Below are positions 1-10,682 of a stretch of 64,000 nt of DNA, piece by piece. The position numbers and the translations under genes were made by a program. The stretch is from Chlorokybus atmophyticus (Eukaryota; Plantae; Mesostigma and Chlorokybus algae), in contig RHPI01001507.1 of NCBI GenBank assembly GCA_009103225.1, positions 62,001-126,000 of the forward strand. Direction: 5' to 3'. The notes below the pieces were generated by a model that saw only the letters and a program-made list of their open reading frames with translations, was not told where the DNA came from and made no database searches. Numbering within the stretch: the first letter of the stretch is position 1; each line of letters begins with the position of its first letter.

Positions 1-1471
1 TCCATGCTTCCCATGAGCACCTGGACCCCGATTCTCCTTTAACAATGTGTCCTCCACAACAACTTGAGGCTTTGAGACGTCCTCTTGCATCTTGCTCCCA
101 TGCTGCACTTGCTCCTTGTCGCCCTGCACCTGTCCTCTTGAGATAGCAACTCTAGCTCTGGTGGTAGCCCTTGGCTCTTCCTTAGCCACCTTGCTCTCCA
201 CCACTTGCTTGTGACTCTTTGCAGCTCCCACGGGCTCCGAGCTTGTCTGCTTCATAGCAACCTTCAGTGCCTCCTTGTTGCTCAAACCTTGTGGTGTCTT
301 GCACTCTTTCTCAACCACCCTTGTCTTTGCGACAACCTTGTGTGCAATGTCCTCCTTTTCAGCGTAGTAGAGCCCACCCTTATTGATGCCTACCACATGT
401 GTGACGTCTCCAAGGACTATCCTTCCCTTGTCCGCATTAAAAACAGCCCTAGCACCAACCCTTGTGGCTACACGTTCTGAGAACAAGCTAGCAGATGCAC
501 CGGGCACATACAGTACATCTCTAAGCACAACGTCTCTCACGGCACTACCAACCTTGCACCTCAACTTGAGGTCGCCCTTTGCAACAGCATTCAGCATCTT
601 CCTGTTCCCAAACTCCACCGTGACAGGCTTAGTCAAAGGAGTAACATTGGCAAGCGCTTGTGAGATGCCTGTTTGCTCCTGTGTCCAGCACCCACCCATG
701 ATACTCCGCTCCCTCATCCGATGCATGGAAAGCAACCGCTTGATGCTCACCATCACCCTTCTTCAACTCGGGACACTTCATCTTGATGTTACCACGCTCC
801 CCGCAGTGCCAACACTCTACGTTGATGCCTCGAACGCCCTTCCTCACATGATGCTTCAATGATGACGTGAATGCCGTAGTGCTTCCAAGTGCTCCTTCTC
901 CATCATCATCCTCCTTCCTCAAGCGCTGCTCCTTTTTAAGAAGCCTAGGTGTCACTCCATCTAGCGACAAGTCCTCTGTCCCGCACTCCAAGATAGTGAC
1001 CACCACTCTATACTCCTTAGGCAACCCCGAAAGCACAACCCACACTACCTCAACTTCCTTGAGTTCGTGGCCGACGCCCACCAAGTCCTTCCACAATGCC
1101 TTTGCTCGTGCAATGAACTTGACAATAGGCTCTCCGCTCTCCTTCCGCAACGAGTTGAGCTCTTGCCGCAGCTGCAACCTCCTTTACATGTTGCACGCCT
1201 TGAAGTGGCTATCCAACTTCGTCCAAAGCTCCCTTGCACTTTTGCACTCCTTTACTAGCACCAGGTGATGATCCGCCATGTGCAAGCCAATCAGCAACAA
1301 TGCCTTCTTCCCTTGCGCGATCCAAATACTCGCCTCACCTATAGGGACTGTCTCCGCCGGGTCTACATACTTCCACAACTCCTTGTGGGTCAGTAGCAGC
1401 TCCAACTTCACGCTCCAGATGTGTAGTTATCAACGTCTAGTGGGGTCAATTGTGAATTTAATGCCGTCCAT
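1..1471 (-). pseudogene. gag: Copia gag-protease polyprotein, frameshifted
   Basis: ORFs 1184-1411 and 629-1177 give consecutive gag, zinc-knuckle and protease motifs in different frames. Confidence 0.85.
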
Positions 1472-1743
1472 GCTTGTGACCTCCGTTGCCTCTGCAACCT
1501 ACCCACCAAGCAAGCACCTACTCACACGATAACAACTCATTACACCCTACACTAGCATGTGTGGGCCCATAACCTATTAAGATGCGTTGACAAACCTACA
1601 CATGCACATGTGTGCATGCCACCTAACACTAACGCCAAGAGGATGCAACAGCAAGACTAAGACCAACCATTGCCATCATGTCCGCGGGTTTATACCCGCC
1701 AGGAATACACGTGTCTACTCTAAAAGCCACCACATTTGCAACA
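1..1743 (-). mobile_element. Ty1/Copia LTR retrotransposon (family D), 5' part: putative LTR, PBS, gag-protease; runs off window start
   Basis: PBS GGTTATGGGCCCACAC (rc of 1559-1574) abuts an LTR edge at 1575. Minus-strand gag (KLELLLTHKELWKYVDP; LRQELNSLRKESGEPIVKFIARAK), CCHC knuckle CWHCGERGNIKMKC, protease motif WVLDTGANRH. The far LTR end (..TTGCAACA, 1743) is a guess. Confidence 0.85.
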
Positions 1744-2414
1744 CTTATTAAAATGCTGCGTTGTAAGATACATTTTTTAGCTACTTCGGGCTACTAGTAT
1801 TGAGCTTTAGAACGCCCAAATCGGTGCAGTAACCATCGAGTTATGACGATTCTCGTACAGGCCTGGAAGTCGCCAGACTCCGGACTCGAATCCGCGCCTA
1901 GAACCTTCGCGCGCCTGGCACTTTCGACTCGAATCCTCGCCTAGAGCCTTCTCACGGCCATTCCTATTCAAAGGGCAAGCTGACCATCCGCCTGAATGTA
2001 GGAATATCTTCAACAACCAGGATATTTGCCTCTCGAGCTGGTGGCTCGCACTCGCTCTCACCAACGGTCAGCAGCAACAGCCACCTACAGGTCGATGTCG
2101 ACAACCATTGACAAGTCAGCTGCAACAGCCACCTAGAAGTCGGCTTCGCCACCACTAACAGGTCAGCTGCGGTGGTCACCCACAACCCTGACCAAGACTC
2201 TCTTGTCCCATACGACGAGTCCCAGGGAGATGCCACTGAATAAGTGGCCCACCAGAAAACATCTAAACGCCGCTGGCGTGCACAGGTCGCACATCTCCTA
2301 CTGACCAGACCACGGCTCGCTGCACGGTTCCCTCTCTACAAGGACCAAGCTGCAGTCCAAGAGCAACACCAGGTGGCCACTGTAGTAGTGGAGTTTCAGG
2401 TGTTCCGTCGACAA

Positions 2415-3891
2415 CAAGGCATCACCGTGCTGGAACTACTTGGAGGTATAGGTAGTGGCCTTGCTGCTGTCCTCAACACCGGCGCAACGGTCACCGAGTA
2501 CCTCTACTGTGACCCTAATCCACACGCACATATTGCCCTGAGCCATCACTTGCGCCACCTACACCAATACCTACCCGCAGCAGCTGCGGGTATCGGCACT
2601 GCAAGGCAGCCTGAAGGCAGAGCCACAGGACATCCGGTTAATTACTGAGGATCACCTCCTGGCGGTGGGCAACATGGACTTGCTGATAGCAGAATGGGAG
2701 TGTCATGGACACTCCAGCGCAAGCAGAGGCCAAGGACTCATTGATCCACGCTCGCGACTGTTTTGGGAACTGATGCCTGTCATCAAAATCCTGTAGAGCA
2801 ACCAGCTGTCCAGGCCTCCGGGATACATTCACGAATATGTGCACTCCGAGGACGATAAGCATCATCACCTGGCAAAAAGCATCCGATAAGTGTGTTCTTT
2901 ACTGGAACATCCTCTCAACATCAACGCAGCGCATCATGGATCCCGTGCTCATTGCGTTCGCGCCAAGTGAATGAACCTGGCTACAGTGGAGGATCGCTTT
3001 GCTGCTAAAAATCTGCACAGCAATTGTGCACGCGATCTCACCGTCGACGCCATCCTAGACAGCGGGCGCACAGCACAACCGGTCACGCGACACGATTACC
3101 AGCATATCTGCTAATGCAACTTGTCACAGACGACTAAGTAATAACGCCACAATGGCCGCAAAACACACTTCGTGCTTCGTGCTTTTGTGGCCTAGTGGTT
3201 TGTCACATTGGTTAACGGAGCTTGAGACTGAAAAGGGCCTGAGGTCGAAACCGCCTGGTGGCGGCTGACCGAGATGGAAATTTTTAGGTTGTTATAATCA
3301 GTCCATGATGGGTCGCGCGTCAGTGCTTGCCGGACGGCAGTCGAACATTCTGACGCGTCGCGCGTACATGCCGCCGCCGCTGGGTAGTACCGCGCGACTT
3401 GCCTGACAACTGACAATACGTCACTCAGCGACGCAATGCGCACTACGACTGCTCAGTGATCACTGCAAAAATCGCTTCCATTGCGCAGTGACGAAAGCTC
3501 TGTAAAAATTCACATCCAATGAGAACATTACATGCCTAAGTGGGGGGGAATGTCACAGACGACTAAATAATAACGCCACAATGGCCACAAAACACACTTT
3601 GTGCTTTTGTGGCTTAATGGTTTGTTACACAACTAGCCTGGACAACCTCGTCGTGCGCTTCCCACTTTGGTGTCTTACCCAGGGTCACACGCTTTCCGCA
3701 ATCAAGGTGAAGGCATAGTGTTGGATTCCAACACAGGCCGATTGGAGGAACCCAACGCACGTGAGCGTAGATGCGCCATGGGACTCTCTTCAGGCAGTAT
3801 CACAGGTTCCACGCTGACCGACAGTCAGCAATGTCAGTTGTTGGGATGTGCAATGGACCTGAACAGCATGGTGTGGTTATTAGAGATGTGA
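2415..3891 (+). pseudogene. DNA (cytosine-5) methyltransferase, DNMT3-like, retrotransposon-encoded; interrupted by a TRIM
   Basis: Motif I ITVLELLGGIG (2421-2453); II YLYCD; III PQDI; IV DLLIAEWECHGHS (Cys codon 2701-2703) followed by GLIDPRSRLFWEL; VI YIHEYV (ENV-like, Glu at 2833); VIII HCVRAK*MNL (RxR..WTNL-like). After the TRIM: LPTLVSYPGSHAFR, IX EPNARERRCAMG, X QLLGCAMDLN. One frameshift near 2560-2575 and several stops. Confidence 0.88.
3122..3629 (+). mobile_element. TRIM 1 (508-bp miniature LTR retrotransposon)
   Basis: LTRs 3122-3207 and 3551-3629 (TGTCACAGACGACT...TGT(C/T)ACA); PBS-like TGGTTAACGGAGC at 3209; PPT AAGTGGGGGGGAA before the 3' LTR; perfect TSD CAACT (3117-3121, 3630-3634). 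Confidence 0.93.
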
Positions 3892-4111
3892 TTTTCTCTC
3901 CAGGACTGCCATGTGTCCTTCTAGGAGCTCGAACACCTGGCGGGGGGGGCTGGNNNNNNNNNNNNNNNNNNNNNNNNNNNNNNNNNNNNNNNNNNNNNNN
4001 NNNNNNNNNNNNNNNNNNNNNNNNNNNNNNNNNNNNNNNNNNNNNNNNNNNNNNNNNNNNNNNNNNNNNNNNNNNNNNNNNNNNNNNNNNNNNNNNNNNN
4101 NNNNNNNNNNN

Positions 4112-4145
<34 letters not shown>

Positions 4146-4194
4146 TCGCGTTCGAGAGATCAAAGCGGCACACACCGCCCTCAAAATCGCCCAT

Positions 4195-6200
4195 ATGGAG
4201 GAGCAGGCAGCAGTCACTGTGGAGGACATTCCAGTAGTTGCCAACGCTACCTCTTGGTCCCATGCCATTGGACCAATGGCTACAGGCCAGACGCGAGAAC
4301 AACTTGAGGCTCTCTTCAATAAGTGGAGAAGTCAGTTCAGCTTTAGTGTGAAGGAGCTGGGCGTCTACTTAGTTTACCATATGGACATTGAGTATGTGAA
4401 CACCAAATGTCACGAATTGGGTTATAAATTGTGACAGACTTCACTTTTACTACCATAGCCTAATGGTCGGGTCCCAACTGTTACAATGGTATCGGAGCTT
4501 GACGTCTCAGGTTCAATTCCCGTAGGGGATTGAGGCAGATCCAAGGCAAAAACAATAACATTTGGGGCGGCTTGCCCTAGGCTGGGCGCGGGATCACGAC
4601 CTACGCGCCGAGCCAGTTCAACCTAAGGCCGCGTAAGTGGTCGCGCTGCGATGGCAGGTCGCGCCGTGGGGATGGCCGTTCCGTAGGTCAGGACCGTTCA
4701 TGGGCCGGATCCAATAGGCCATGGGCAGACCGATCGTGGTACGGCCGCAAACACGGCGACGTGGGCTAGTGCCTCATTGGATTATGAGGAACTCTTGGGT
4801 TGAATTGGGGAGGAATGTCACGAACTGGGATAAATTGTGACAGACCCCACTCATGGTAGTGTCTTTTACTACCATAGCCTAGTGGTCGAGCCCCAACTGT
4901 TACACCGAACCGGTATTTCGACGAAAGTGCCGACTCTCACAATTGGAAGACGACTTGTTGGAGCAGAGGTGCAAGGCTCTGCTATATGCGGGCCTGATTG
5001 AGGAGTCCACATCGGACTTTGCGGCAGTGACCGTCATGCTCCAGAAGAAGGATTCAGCAGGCAACTGGACAGACCGGCATATGTGCGACAACTACCGCCC
5101 CCTCAACAACAAGAACAAGCAAGACAGGTATCCAATGCCTACTGCAGAAGGTATCTTTGATGACGTAGGAGACTGTACCGTCTTTAGCATCATGAACATG
5201 CGCCAAGGGTACAATCAGATTGCCATTAAGGAGGAGGACAAGCACACGACTCCTTTTTGGGGCAACCGGCAGCTGTACCAGTGGAAGGTCATGCCCTTCT
5301 GACTGAAGAATGCTCCTGCCAAGTTTCAGCGCGTCCTGGTTAAAGCCTTGAAGGGGCTGAACTTTGCGCGGTGCTACATTGACAACATTCTCATCTTCAG
5401 CCGCAGCAACGAAGAGCACCTACAGCACATCGAGGAGGTGCAGGAGAGACTTAAGGGGGTGGGGATGACTGTGCACCCTGACAAGTGCACATTCTTCACT
5501 CACAAGGCACCCTACTTAGAGCACATGATTGTGCCCCATGAAATGTATGTACAGCAGATAAAGGTGGAGGCCCTGGCAGCTATCCCTACTCCAACGGACC
5601 TGACGCGCTTGCGCGCCTTCTTGGGCCTTGCCAACTACTATCGCCGGTTTGTAAAGGATTTCGCAAGGATCGCGCGGCCCCTTAACGAGCTCCTGAAGAA
5701 GAAAGTGATGTTTGCGTGGAAGGAGCCACAGCAGCAGATGTTTGAGAAGCTAAAGGGCAGGCTCACCACAGCCCCCATCCTTTAACGCCCTGACTACACC
5801 AAGCCCTTTATCCTCCACACTGACTGGAGCAAGCTCGGGATGGGTGCTGTGCTGGTGCAGCACAATGAGAACAATTAGCAGCGGGTGGTGCCATACGCCA
5901 GCCGAAGCAACAACAGCGCCGAGGCCAACTACATCAGCTGTGAGAGAGAGTGCCTCGCTGCAGTGTGGGCTATCTCCTTCTTCAGGCCTTTCCTATTCGG
6001 TCGACAATTTCAGCTAATCACCGATCATCAGCCATTTGAAGAATCCCTGTCACATGTTGGTTGATGACCAACCAACATCCGACAGGGAATCTTGCTCGCT
6101 AGCCCCTGTTGTTGCAGGAGTATGACTTCGAGATCGACCACCGCGCCGGCCTCACCAACCAAGACGCCGATGGCCTCAGATGTAACCCTTACCTCAGAAT
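4195..6200 (+). pseudogene. pol: Gypsy reverse transcriptase + RNase H
   Basis: GLIEESTSDFAA, NYRPLN, DRYPMP, GYNQI, MPF*LKNAPAKFQ, CYIDNILIFS (YxDD-like), RAFLGLANYYRRF, LTTAPIL, HTDWS, AYASRSNNSAEANY, ITDHQP, QEYDFEIDHRAG. Confidence 0.93.
4408..4904 (+). mobile_element. TRIM 2 (497-bp miniature LTR retrotransposon, different family)
   Basis: LTRs 4408-4485 and 4816-4904 (TGTCACGAA...CTGTTACA); PBS TGGTATCGGAGC at 4487; PPT TTGGGGAGGAA; TSD CCAAA/CCGAA. Excision restores EYVNTK-PVFRRKCRLSQLE of RT. Confidence 0.92.
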
Positions 6201-6499
6201 CAACGATGCAATTGGAGCTAGGCATGAGCTCGGTCCTGCAGCAGCAGCTCCCACCGTGGTAACCATGTTTACTGTTCCCGCGTTACGATTAGAGCGCCAG
6301 ATCAACACCACTGCCACATCAACGGCGGAAGAGATTCCCTTGAGTATATCGGCCCCACAGTAACCGCACCCCTAGGGGACACTCATGCAATCGATATTGA
6401 CGCCAACGACACCGAGCTGGCACCCACCGACACCAAGCAAGACATATGGCTAGACAAGCCATCACTCTCCTTCCTTCACAATGGCCAGCCTCCCTCCAG

Positions 6500-7650
6500 C
6501 ATGAGTGCATGAGAGAAAGATCGTGTCAACCAACGCCCCCGCCACTATTGGTGGGCAGATGACAATATGTATGGCCGCTTTCATGACGAAGACAAGGAGG
6601 TGCCGACACTAGCCACACGTGAGGGCACCATCACCGCCCTCCACACTAAGCTTGGACACTTTGGTGTCAAGCGTACAGTCAGCCTGGTCAGGGTGCAATA
6701 TTGGTGGTATGGGTTGTCGAAGCAGGTGCAGGGGTTCATCAATCACTGCCAACAGTATGACATGGTACGCGCCAGCCTAAACACACGCAGCGCCACCTTG
6801 CACCCTCTCCTCATCTCCGGTCTCTTCTATCATTGGGGACGACATTTTGGGAGACTTGGCACCCTCGGCACGTGGCAACCGCTACATCCTGGTTATGATC
6901 GAGCACTCGTTAAATGGGTGGAGCTGGTGCCATTACACGACAAAAGCAGTATGGGGGTGTCTCAAGCCTTCCTTTCGCATGTCCTCAGCCGGTTTGGCAG
7001 CTGCGCTGAGGTCATCACCGACCAAGGCACTGAGTTCAGAGGGAAGTTCGACACCCTGTTGGACAGATGCTACACTTCGCGTGACCACCCCCAAGCCGAC
7101 GGTGTCGCCGAGCGTACAGTGCAGATTATCGAGAAGGCATTCCGCAAGTACGTGCTGGAGTATGAGAAGAACGCCTGGGACGACTACCTTCCATAGGTGG
7201 CCCTTGGATACCGATTGTTAAAGCAAGCTCTGCACGAGTATAGCTCATACTACCTGCTGTTCGGTCGTCCGCCATTGCTTCCCTTTCGTGCACAGTAGGA
7301 AGTAGATTGTGTGGTAAACAACCTCGACGATCCCGACTGGATGCACCACGACATTACCACACGCGTTGCGCTGTTCAAGCGCACCGTCCCTATGGCCTCT
7401 AATAATCTACGCATTGCACAGCACCGCGACACTCCGCGCTACGGGCGCGTGCGCAGCGGTTTCTACCAAGATAGCCAACGGCGGTTTTGAGCAGGGAACT
7501 TTGCCTACCGCATGGCAGCCACCAAGGACACGCTGAACACCTCCATGGGCCGCATAGTCTACAAGGTACTCAAGGTGTACCCCACAGGGTTACTGGACCT
7601 CCTCGGTAAAAACGGAGAGAGGTTGAAAGACAACATGGGGAACTGCGCGC
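6500..7650 (+). pseudogene. pol: Gypsy integrase
   Basis: HHCC zinc motif (LHTKLGHFG...INHCQQY), core ITDQGTEF and HPQADGVAERTVQ, WDDYLP, YYLLFGRPP. Confidence 0.9.
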
Positions 7651-7718
7651 CATGTCACCTTCCTTTTATAGCTGGCTTTGCGCGCATCCAGCACCCTCCA
7701 CCCGCTCGCAGCACACGC

Positions 7719-7851
7719 TGTGAATGCTGCGGCAGCGCCGGCGACGACGCACTCATAATGCTCTGCAATGGCTGTAACAAGGGCCTGCATTGCCATTGTC
7801 TGGAGCCCCCATAGGACGCAACCCATGAAGGAATACTGGTGCAACGATTGC
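7719..7851 (+). pseudogene. PHD finger (C4-H-C3) at the polyprotein C-terminus
   Basis: CECCGSAGDDALIMLCNGCNKGLHCHCLEPP, then after a frameshift/stop YWCNDC (7834-7851). Confidence 0.85.
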
Positions 7852-7931
7852 CGCGCCAACGGCCCTCCTCACCTGCGTTAGCAACTGAGCTCTGAAGCTG
7901 GAACCTCCCCAGAAGCTCAGGGGGGGTAGCT

Positions 7932-8085
7932 TGTTGACTGTGTGTCTTACAACACAGCTTGTACACTGAGGAGGACACCGCCTCCACAGATCCGTGTTAT
8001 TATTCAGCGACAGCGGAGCAGCTCCACCAAGCACTCCTCGCCATACAAGCTGGGTCATTTTTTGGTTTTGCTACACGTTGTAACA
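7932..8085 (+). repeat. Candidate 3' LTR of the DNMT-Gypsy element
   Basis: Follows the G-rich tract CAGGGGGGGTAGC; starts TGTTG, and a TGTAACA end lies at 8085. No second copy in the window to confirm it. Confidence 0.35.
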
Positions 8086-8169
8086 TGTTGCAGCAACATG
8101 GCTAGCAAGCATGACTTTCCCTGCAGCGGCCCGAGACATCGGGATTCTTGACTCTCCTCGACCCGACAA

Positions 8170-10174
8170 GTGATTTACATATTAAGCTTGTTCACATTAT
8201 GGAAAATTTTTCAAAGTCAACTTTAGGCAAAACTCGACAATGGTTAAAGTCAACACGAGTCGACACTAGACAACGGTCAAAGCGAAAGTTGACCACAATT
8301 GTCATAACTCCCATAACTCCCATTACTCCTATTGATTGTAACTTCCGCATCATAACCGCCGCACATGGTCTAAGCAACATCAACAAGCTGGCTGTATTAT
8401 AAGCATACTATACTAGCAAACCTTTTATGCTTAACATTTAACACTCCCACGCAGACAACTTGTTCTGTGCATCTGCACATCAACATGCACAAGCTCCCGC
8501 GCTTTCGCTGTCATTAAGTTAACCTGGAACTTCTCGTCCCACCACATGATGCTGGCATCAACCTCAAGCTGCTCGCTCCCAATGCTTGTCATCATCTCTG
8601 CAAATTGTTCGCTTGCATATAGTGTACCTCGAGCACTATACCATGCTCATATATTGCAACCTCCACGCTTCTGACGCTCAGTCACTCCTCTCTTGTCCAT
8701 GTTCAAGCATCACACTTGAACATCATGCTATTGAGTAAGCAGCTCTCTCGCGCTCCTTGCACGCCCTGCAAATACTTCACGCACTGCAACACTCCAAGCT
8801 ATAATACACCAGCTCCCACATTTGAAGAACGCCTCCTTCACCAAGTACTGCTCGCACTCGGCACCAAGCTAGCTTCACCCAGCTTCATTACCAGGAGATT
8901 GCCACCATCTCCTCCTCCTACTCTCCAACTCACACCATAACCCTAGAGTGCAATTCGCTCACCCTTATTGCTTACTGGTGCTCCCGCAGATGGACGTCTT
9001 CATTTGAGGACATTGGTACTTGAAGTGACAACGCTTGCCACAGCGCCAACACTTCTCATTGCTAATATAAGTACCTTTTTTCACCATGAAAGTTGTAGCT
9101 ACATTTGGTCCTTCCTCTCACATTTCCTTTCGCAAGCGGTGCTCTTCTGGAAGAAGTCGTGGTATCACGCCATTACGTGTTAACTCCTCCGTGGCACAAT
9201 CCATAATAATCACCACCATTCTGTACTCTTTGTGCAACCCTGAAAGCACAAACCACACTACTTCTTGCTATTTCAACTTGTGCTCAACACCCAACAAGTC
9301 CTTCTACAGCGCCTTTGCTCGTGCCACAGAGTTGGTGATAGGCTCTCCACTCACAATGCATTTAGCTCTTGCCTTAGCTGCAGCCTCCTCGCCATGTTTT
9401 GAGCTTTAAAGTGGCTCTCAAGCTTGCCAAAAACTCTTTTTCACCTTTGGACTCTCACCATAATTGAGTGATGCTCAGCAACGCGTAAACCCAGCAACGA
9501 TGAAGCCTTCTTCTCTTCTTTTGGCCAAACTGCCTCTTTTTCTGACGGCACCTCCTCCTTTGGGTCCACATACTTTCTCATATCCTTGTGTACCAGCAAC
9601 AACTCCATCTTTATGCTCCACGTATTGTAGTTGTCCATGTCCAATGGCTCGATAGTGACCATGCTGTTGTTTATGCCTCCGGTATTGGTTGCCCCTCCAC
9701 TACACACAAAACTTGCAACCTATTCCCCTACCAGCAACCACAACTTCACACGCTCCTAAGTATGTGTGGGCCTATAACTTGTTAAGCACTAGTGTGCATG
9801 TATGCGCCCTACCTCATACATGAGCTCACACTAGGGGAACACCAAGTGTAACATGCAAGCATGTTGGTTTGCATCCAAAGACCCGTAACCGTTGACTAAT
9901 GTTAATTGCAGTTGACTTTGACTAGAGTTGACCAGAAAAAACTGGCCAACTCTAATGAAACCACAGTTGACTTTGACTAGAGTTGACCAGTTCTTTCTGG
10001 TCAACTCTAGTCAAAGTCAACTGTAGTTAACATTGATTCACGATCAAAGTGAAAGTTGACCAATTATTGTAACTCCTATAGCGTAACCGCCGCACATGGT
10101 CCAAGTAACATCAACAAGCTGACTGTACTATAAGCATACTATACCAGCAAACCTCATATACTTAACCTTCAACA
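8170..10174 (-). mobile_element. Non-autonomous Copia family A element (partial 3' LTR 8170-8443, internal region with gag remnant, 5' LTR 9780-10174)
   Basis: PPT rc CTCCCACGC at 8444; PBS rc GTGTGGGCCTATAACT at 9764-9779; gag remnant EPLDMDNYNTWSIKMELLL (9441-9707). LTRs match the other family A copies. Confidence 0.88.
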
Positions 10175-10682
10175 TCAAATCAACGCCAAATGCACTATTA
10201 ACAACATGCATGAAATGCACAAGGCGCCTGCGAAGGGTTAGGGCTTGGGACTCACCAACTTGGCGGCTGTCATTGATATGACATGATTGATTGGACAAGA
10301 GGGGTACATAGCCGTTGCAAGGTTTTGCTGGTATGGTTTGCTGTTGTGGTTGTAGGTGTGGGTGTCGCGAGGAGAGGTGTGCGAAGCTGTGAGGAGTTGT
10401 ACCAGACGATCGATAGGGAAGGCTTGATATGCAGTTGAACATCTTGAAACGAAGGTGGGCGTCCACACAGGCGCCGTTTATATGGGGTTGTCCGTTCTAT
10501 ATGTGCAATGTGCAAGCCGGTTATCGTTATGCAAGGGGTCAACCAATGGGAAGAGACCAAGCCCACAAATATCGGACAGCAGTTCAACACGCAAGTGCGT
10601 CAATGCGTGCGCATAATCAACTACCGGGGCGGTATGGAGGACCAGGATGTGTGCAAGGCTAGTGGGTTTTAACTCCAGCAAG

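Larger units (their letters stand above)
1807..8085 (+). mobile_element. Ty3/Gypsy retrotransposon carrying a DNMT3-like methyltransferase and C-terminal PHD finger (decayed; 5' end, gag and protease not recognised)
   Basis: Collinear plus-strand domains C5-MTase (2415-3891), RT/RNase H (4195-6200), integrase (6500-7650) and PHD (7719-7851), then a G-rich PPT (7918-7926) and a candidate TG..CA LTR. Both interrupting TRIMs have TSDs, and removing them rejoins the reading frames. Confidence 0.85.

Noticed and set aside
383-862. Plus-strand 159-aa ORF and many similar short ORFs in the track
   Set aside because: Antisense or alternative-frame shadows of transposon coding regions or LTR repeats, with no independent motifs.
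2415-3891. Bacterial restriction-modification system or contamination
   Set aside because: No endonuclease or operon; the domain is embedded in a eukaryotic Gypsy pol and interrupted by a TRIM with a TSD.
3940-4145. Gly-rich and Pro-rich ORFs and a long poly-G tract between DNMT and RT
   Set aside because: Flanks an N gap; homopolymer length and translation are unreliable. The same applies to poly-C at 11860-12010 and 19958-19973. The gap also means DNMT-RT frame continuity cannot be proved from this copy.
3122-4904. Cassandra-type TRIMs carrying 5S rRNA
   Set aside because: The LTRs are only 78-89 bp and show no recognisable 5S A/C boxes.
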